From assembly GCA_963752255.1 (NCBI GenBank), contig CAVVXT010000003.1, positions 1-64,000 of the forward strand: a stretch of 64,000 nucleotides of DNA. Direction: 5' to 3'. The notes below the pieces were generated by a model. It searched no databases and was not told where the DNA came from. It worked only from the letters and a program-made list of their open reading frames with translations. How positions within the stretch are numbered: the first letter of the stretch is position 1; the number at the start of each line of letters is the position of its first letter. This DNA is from Nitrososphaeria archaeon. GTDB taxonomy: Archaea; Thermoproteota; Nitrososphaeria; JACIWG01. The position numbers were made by a program, and so were the translations under genes. Of the stretch, positions 60,239 through 64,000 are shown in pieces.

Positions 60239-60412
60239 CTATGTGTTTTTCTTTTTTATCATTATTTTCTTTTTTGTCATCCTTTTTCCGCAGCACGTCA
60301 TCGGTTCACAGACTGGGCACGATTCTTCGGTGCACCCTTTGGTCACAGTTACTTCGATGTTGCATTTAGGATCACTACAGACATAAACGTCGCCTTTCTT
60401 ATAAGCTACCAT
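60239..60412 (-). CDS. Desulforedoxin-like small Cys-rich metal-binding protein
   Basis: 'G.VY.C....C..EV.V..G...C..C...CCG..M'; TTTATAA box upstream. Confidence 0.65.
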   Translation of the reverse strand: MVAYKKGDVYVCSDPKCNIEVTVTKGCTEESCPVCEPMTCCGKRMTKKKIMIKKKNT

Positions 60413-60533
60413 AGCATACAATTTTAATTTGGTTAATTATAAAGCTTTCCTTGTCACAAACAATTGATTATAATAAGATATTATACAAAGCTATGCTTAA
60501 ATAGGCTTTATCCCTACATTTTATTGTGATTCT

Positions 60534-61064
60534 ATGATAGAAATAGATGAGCTGGTTCCAGATTTCACCGCAGACACAACAAAGGGAAGGCTGTCCATAT
60601 CTGATTTCAGACACAGATGGGTCATTCTCTTTGCCTATCCAGCTGATTTCACCCCCATTTGCGAAGCAGATATCTTAGGTTTCGCGAAGCAGAAGAGGAA
60701 ATTTGACAAACTGGAGGTCCAATTCATAGGATGGAGTGTCGACTCAATTGAAACGCACAACAGATGGCTCAAGGATATAAAGGAAAAGACCGGGATGGAC
60801 GTTGAGTACCCATTGATCGCTGATTTAGGGGGAAAAATAGCAAAATCCTACGGTATACTTCACAAGACAAGGGGAATTCTCTACAGAGGACTTTTTGTAA
60901 TCGACCCCGATGGTGTCTTAAAGTTTGCTGCAACTTATCCTTTGGAGGTCGGAAGAAGCACAAAGGAAGTTGAAAGAATAATTAAGGTTTTACAGAGGGC
61001 AAGGGAACTTGGCAATCTAACTGAGTTGGAAAGAGCAAAAGAATTAAGCAAATATAACGAATAA
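60534..61064 (+). CDS. Peroxiredoxin (1-Cys AhpC/Prx6-like)
   Basis: 'YPADFTPIC', 'SVDS..H..W', 'R.LF.IDP.G', 'YP..VGR...E..R'. Confidence 0.9.
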   Translation: MIEIDELVPDFTADTTKGRLSISDFRHRWVILFAYPADFTPICEADILGFAKQKRKFDKLEVQFIGWSVDSIETHNRWLKDIKEKTGMDVEYPLIADLGGKIAKSYGILHKTRGILYRGLFVIDPDGVLKFAATYPLEVGRSTKEVERIIKVLQRARELGNLTELERAKELSKYNE

Positions 61065-61268
61065 AAACGGATGTATTGCTTAATTAAATTTACATCAACG
61101 GTGCAGTTATATCAATCATTCTTTTTCCTTGGATCAGTCTTTTAGTAAAAACTTTGGGAATGTGTCTAAGTATATAATAATAGCTTTAAACAATCTCCAG
61201 GGAAGGACTGAAGATTGAACTCAAATCAATATCGTTAAAACTGAATCGAGGTCAAAATATGCACATGT

Positions 61269-62117
61269 TTATTTGATATTATTCCAACTTATTATTATTC
61301 TCTGAGTTCTCTTTGCTAGAAGGGTTATTGCGAGGATGGCTAAACCGGTAAGTACGATTGTTCCACCAGGAGCAGCATCTAGTCCGATTGAGATAAGCAA
61401 TCCTAATGTTACGGATACGAGTCCTATTATCGGGGAAAGAATGACCGTTTGTCTGAAGGATTTTGCAACTTGAATGCTCGTTAGAGCCGGTAACACTAGA
61501 AGTGCTGAAATCAATAATACTCCGACAACTGGTATTGATACGACTACAATAATGCCTGCAAGCACACTGATCATGTAATCAAAGAACCACGTCTTAATTC
61601 CCGAGGCTCTGGCCTGGGTCTCATCAAAGGTCACATAGCACAATTCCTTAAAGAACAAGTAAATCAATCCAAGGGAAACAATAAGTACAAAAAGTGCTGT
61701 TAAGATTTGTTCAATATTTACTAGGAGGACGCTTCCAAAAAGTAGACTCTCAATGTTGATCCCAAAGCCGCGGGCGATACTTAACAATACTATTCCTGAA
61801 GCTAAACCTAGTTCAAGAAATACAGCGACAGCCGCATCCCCAGAAATCTTTGTGGACCGAATTGCCTTTGTGATTCCAAGAGAGCCTAGTACCACTACGA
61901 CTCCCGCCACCCAAAACGGTACAATACCGAGGAAGTAGCCTAACGCCAGTCCACCGAATGCGGTATGTGAGAGTCCATCGCCTATCAGTGAGATTCTCTT
62001 TAGAACTATGAAGATGCTGAGCACAGAGCTAAGAATCGCTATTATTACGCTTATTATGAAGGCTCTTTGTATGAAACCAGCTGAGAGCAAAGATAAGAAT
62101 GTATCAAGGATGGTCAT
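61269..62117 (-). CDS. znuB: Metal ABC transporter permease
   Basis: 'GDGLSHTAF.G', 'LFGS', 'FDE..A..SG'. Confidence 0.88.
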   Translation of the reverse strand: MTILDTFLSLLSAGFIQRAFIISVIIAILSSVLSIFIVLKRISLIGDGLSHTAFGGLALGYFLGIVPFWVAGVVVVLGSLGITKAIRSTKISGDAAVAVFLELGLASGIVLLSIARGFGINIESLLFGSVLLVNIEQILTALFVLIVSLGLIYLFFKELCYVTFDETQARASGIKTWFFDYMISVLAGIIVVVSIPVVGVLLISALLVLPALTSIQVAKSFRQTVILSPIIGLVSVTLGLLISIGLDAAPGGTIVLTGLAILAITLLAKRTQRIIISWNNIK

Positions 62118-62862
62118 GTAAAAGTCCTTCTTTAAGCCAATTCGAAAACAAAGAACGCCCCTCAACGTCCGTAATTTCTCCGCAAAAGAATTGTGACTTA
62201 TTTATACATACTACTCTTGTGGCAAGTTTCGTTACAATTCCAATTTCATGTGAAGCAAGTATGATAGTTGTGCCGAGCTGACGATCTAGCTTTCCAATAA
62301 TGTTATAGAATTCTCTCTTAGAATCTAAATCTACGCCACTAGTCGGTTCATCTAGTATGAGCAGTTTAGGGTCGCCCACAAGCGCTTTCGCTAGGAAAAC
62401 CCGTTGAGACTGCCCCCCTGAAAGCTGCCCAATCTTTCGTTCTTTTAAATCGTGTATGCCGATGAGATTCAATAATTCTTCAACTTTTTCATAATCTTTT
62501 CTTCCAAATCTTCGGAAAAGACCGACTTTAGGGATTCTTCCTAGAAGAACAGTTTCATAGACGGTTGAAGGGAAGTTGGCATCTTCTACCTGCGCTCTTT
62601 GAGGAACAAAACCTACTTTCCTCAAATTCTTCTCCGAAATTGGCTCCCCAAACAACTTCACAGTTCCAACATTTGGCTTAATCAGGCCAAGAATAACTTT
62701 AAGAAGAGTAGATTTTCCCGAACCATTCGGCCCGATCAGTCCGATTAGGTCCTTCTCAAAAACTTCAAGCGTAATTCCTTCTAAAGCTGTTACTCCACTA
62801 GGATACTGTACACTCACGTTTTGCAGCTCGACCACGGGTGTTTTCTTAACTGCATCCGACAT
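62104..62862 (-). CDS. znuC: Metal ABC transporter ATPase
   Basis: GPNGSGKS, LSGGQSQR, LILDEPTSGVD. Confidence 0.9.
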   Translation of the reverse strand: MSDAVKKTPVVELQNVSVQYPSGVTALEGITLEVFEKDLIGLIGPNGSGKSTLLKVILGLIKPNVGTVKLFGEPISEKNLRKVGFVPQRAQVEDANFPSTVYETVLLGRIPKVGLFRRFGRKDYEKVEELLNLIGIHDLKERKIGQLSGGQSQRVFLAKALVGDPKLLILDEPTSGVDLDSKREFYNIIGKLDRQLGTTIILASHEIGIVTKLATRVVCINKSQFFCGEITDVEGRSLFSNWLKEGLLHDHP

Positions 62863-63787
62863 TATAAAGCACCATACTGAAAGTCTGTATATTATCCTGC
62901 ATCATTGTTATATATGTTTTACCCGCACTTTGATCAGATTGAGTCAAACCTTCTATGGGATCCATAAGAACCAGTTTAGCATTTGTCTGAGCAGCGATTG
63001 ACTGGGAAATCGCAGGATTTTCCAGCGATTCATATCCTACATAGCAGAGATGATATTGGTGAATCGAATTGATCACATTTTGGATATCGCTCGGAGTTGG
63101 TTCCTCTTCAAACGGACCTGCGATAGGTATCTGAATTAAACCGTATTGATTTGCGAAATAAGCAAAGGCTTCGTGGAAGGTTACAAAGTAATGGGTCTTC
63201 GCGTTCGAAGTAATGTTAACCATTTCAGAGTTCAGATAATCGAGTTTTGCTTCGTATAGTTGTGCATTTTTAGTGAAATACTGTTGATCAGCTGGATCTG
63301 CTTTGATTAAACCTTGAAGGATGTTGTTCACCTCTTGTTTAGCAAGAACAGGGTCAAGCCAAATATGAGGGTCCACTGTTCTACCGTTTCTCTGAAATTG
63401 AGGAGGCACCTGAAGAAGCGGAATACCTTCGCTACAATTTACTAGAAGCAATTTGGGGTTATTTGCAGCGCTCACTACTTGGGAAATCCATGGTTCCAGA
63501 CCCGCACCATTGTATATCAATACGTTAGCCTTTTCCACCTGAAGTATTGAAGACGGTGTAGGTTCAAACGAATGCACGTCTTCGGTCGCGGGAACAAGTA
63601 TTGAGGCGTTGATTTTGTCTCCTCCAACGTTTTGAGCAAAGTCATAAATTGGATAGAATGTCGAAATCACCTCCAAAGTTGAACTTGAACTTTGCGGGGC
63701 ATTGGACGAAAACAAGCCAAATAAAGCTCCAACTAGAATAAGAATGAGAATGCAGACCGCAAGGATGAGGTAAGCCTTTTTCTGCAT
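62846..63787 (-). CDS. znuA: Zn/Mn ABC substrate-binding protein
   Basis: 'H.FEP', 'NG.GLE', 'DPHIWLDP', 'H.AF.YF'. Confidence 0.9.
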   Translation of the reverse strand: MQKKAYLILAVCILILILVGALFGLFSSNAPQSSSSTLEVISTFYPIYDFAQNVGGDKINASILVPATEDVHSFEPTPSSILQVEKANVLIYNGAGLEPWISQVVSAANNPKLLLVNCSEGIPLLQVPPQFQRNGRTVDPHIWLDPVLAKQEVNNILQGLIKADPADQQYFTKNAQLYEAKLDYLNSEMVNITSNAKTHYFVTFHEAFAYFANQYGLIQIPIAGPFEEEPTPSDIQNVINSIHQYHLCYVGYESLENPAISQSIAAQTNAKLVLMDPIEGLTQSDQSAGKTYITMMQDNIQTFSMVLYNVGCS

Positions 63788-63894
63788 ACGTTTAAGGGGA
63801 GGTCTGGTTAAGTTTATTAACTTTTTCATTTTTTTTAATAATTCCTTTTTATTAGGATAATATAATATATATTAATGAATATTGAGGTTATGAT

Positions 63895-64000
63895 ATGAGC
63901 ATAATAAGCGTTTCATTACCTAAAGAACTGCTTAAAGAACTAGACTCCATACTTGGTGAAGAACGGAATGCGACAAGGTCCAAGGTGCTTAGACAGGCTC
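63895..64000 (+). CDS. NikR/CopG ribbon-helix-helix regulator (partial, runs off window)
   Basis: MSIISVSLPKELLKELD......RS..LR.A; GAGG RBS. Confidence 0.75.
   Translation, partial: MSIISVSLPKELLKELDSILGEERNATRSKVLRQA

Noticed and set aside
1-64000. CRISPR array, rRNA or intact tRNA genes
   Set aside because: No regularly spaced repeat-spacer pattern or full RNA-gene consensus seen by eye

Overview
The window joins two unrelated sequences at about 30,680. Bases 1 to ~30,680 are about 30 kb of a temperate tailed bacteriophage with a bacterial host, as shown by sigma70 promoters, GGAGG ribosome-binding sites and a LexA/CI-type repressor. Mostly on the minus strand it carries tail, head and packaging genes, an IS1595-containing insert, replication, recombination and methylase genes, a cro/cI switch, a tyrosine integrase with an intact attP (3' half of tRNA-Ile GAT) and a lysis-position cassette. 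It carries many single-base frameshifts that look like sequencing or assembly indels. Bases ~30,680-64,000 are AT-richer archaeal chromosome, Thermoproteota/Bathyarchaeia-like by inference, with TATA boxes, a single-OB SSB and a COG1361 S-layer ABC module among housekeeping, metal-transport and catabolic genes. Genes on both sides of the junction are truncated, so it is most likely a contig join or chimera and not an integration site. The best candidates for new biology are: (1) a lysis-position cassette built around a secreted Cys-His-Glu transglutaminase-like protease with no recognisable muralytic endolysin; (2) a ~260-nt multi-domain structured phage ncRNA; (3) an attP placed so that integration rewires integrase expression; (4) a divergent enolase lacking its general acid; (5) a three-gene operon ending in a zinc-ribbon PIN nuclease; (6) a 17-aa histone-H1-like microprotein with its own promoter and terminator. 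All assignments come from reading motifs by eye; no database search was run.
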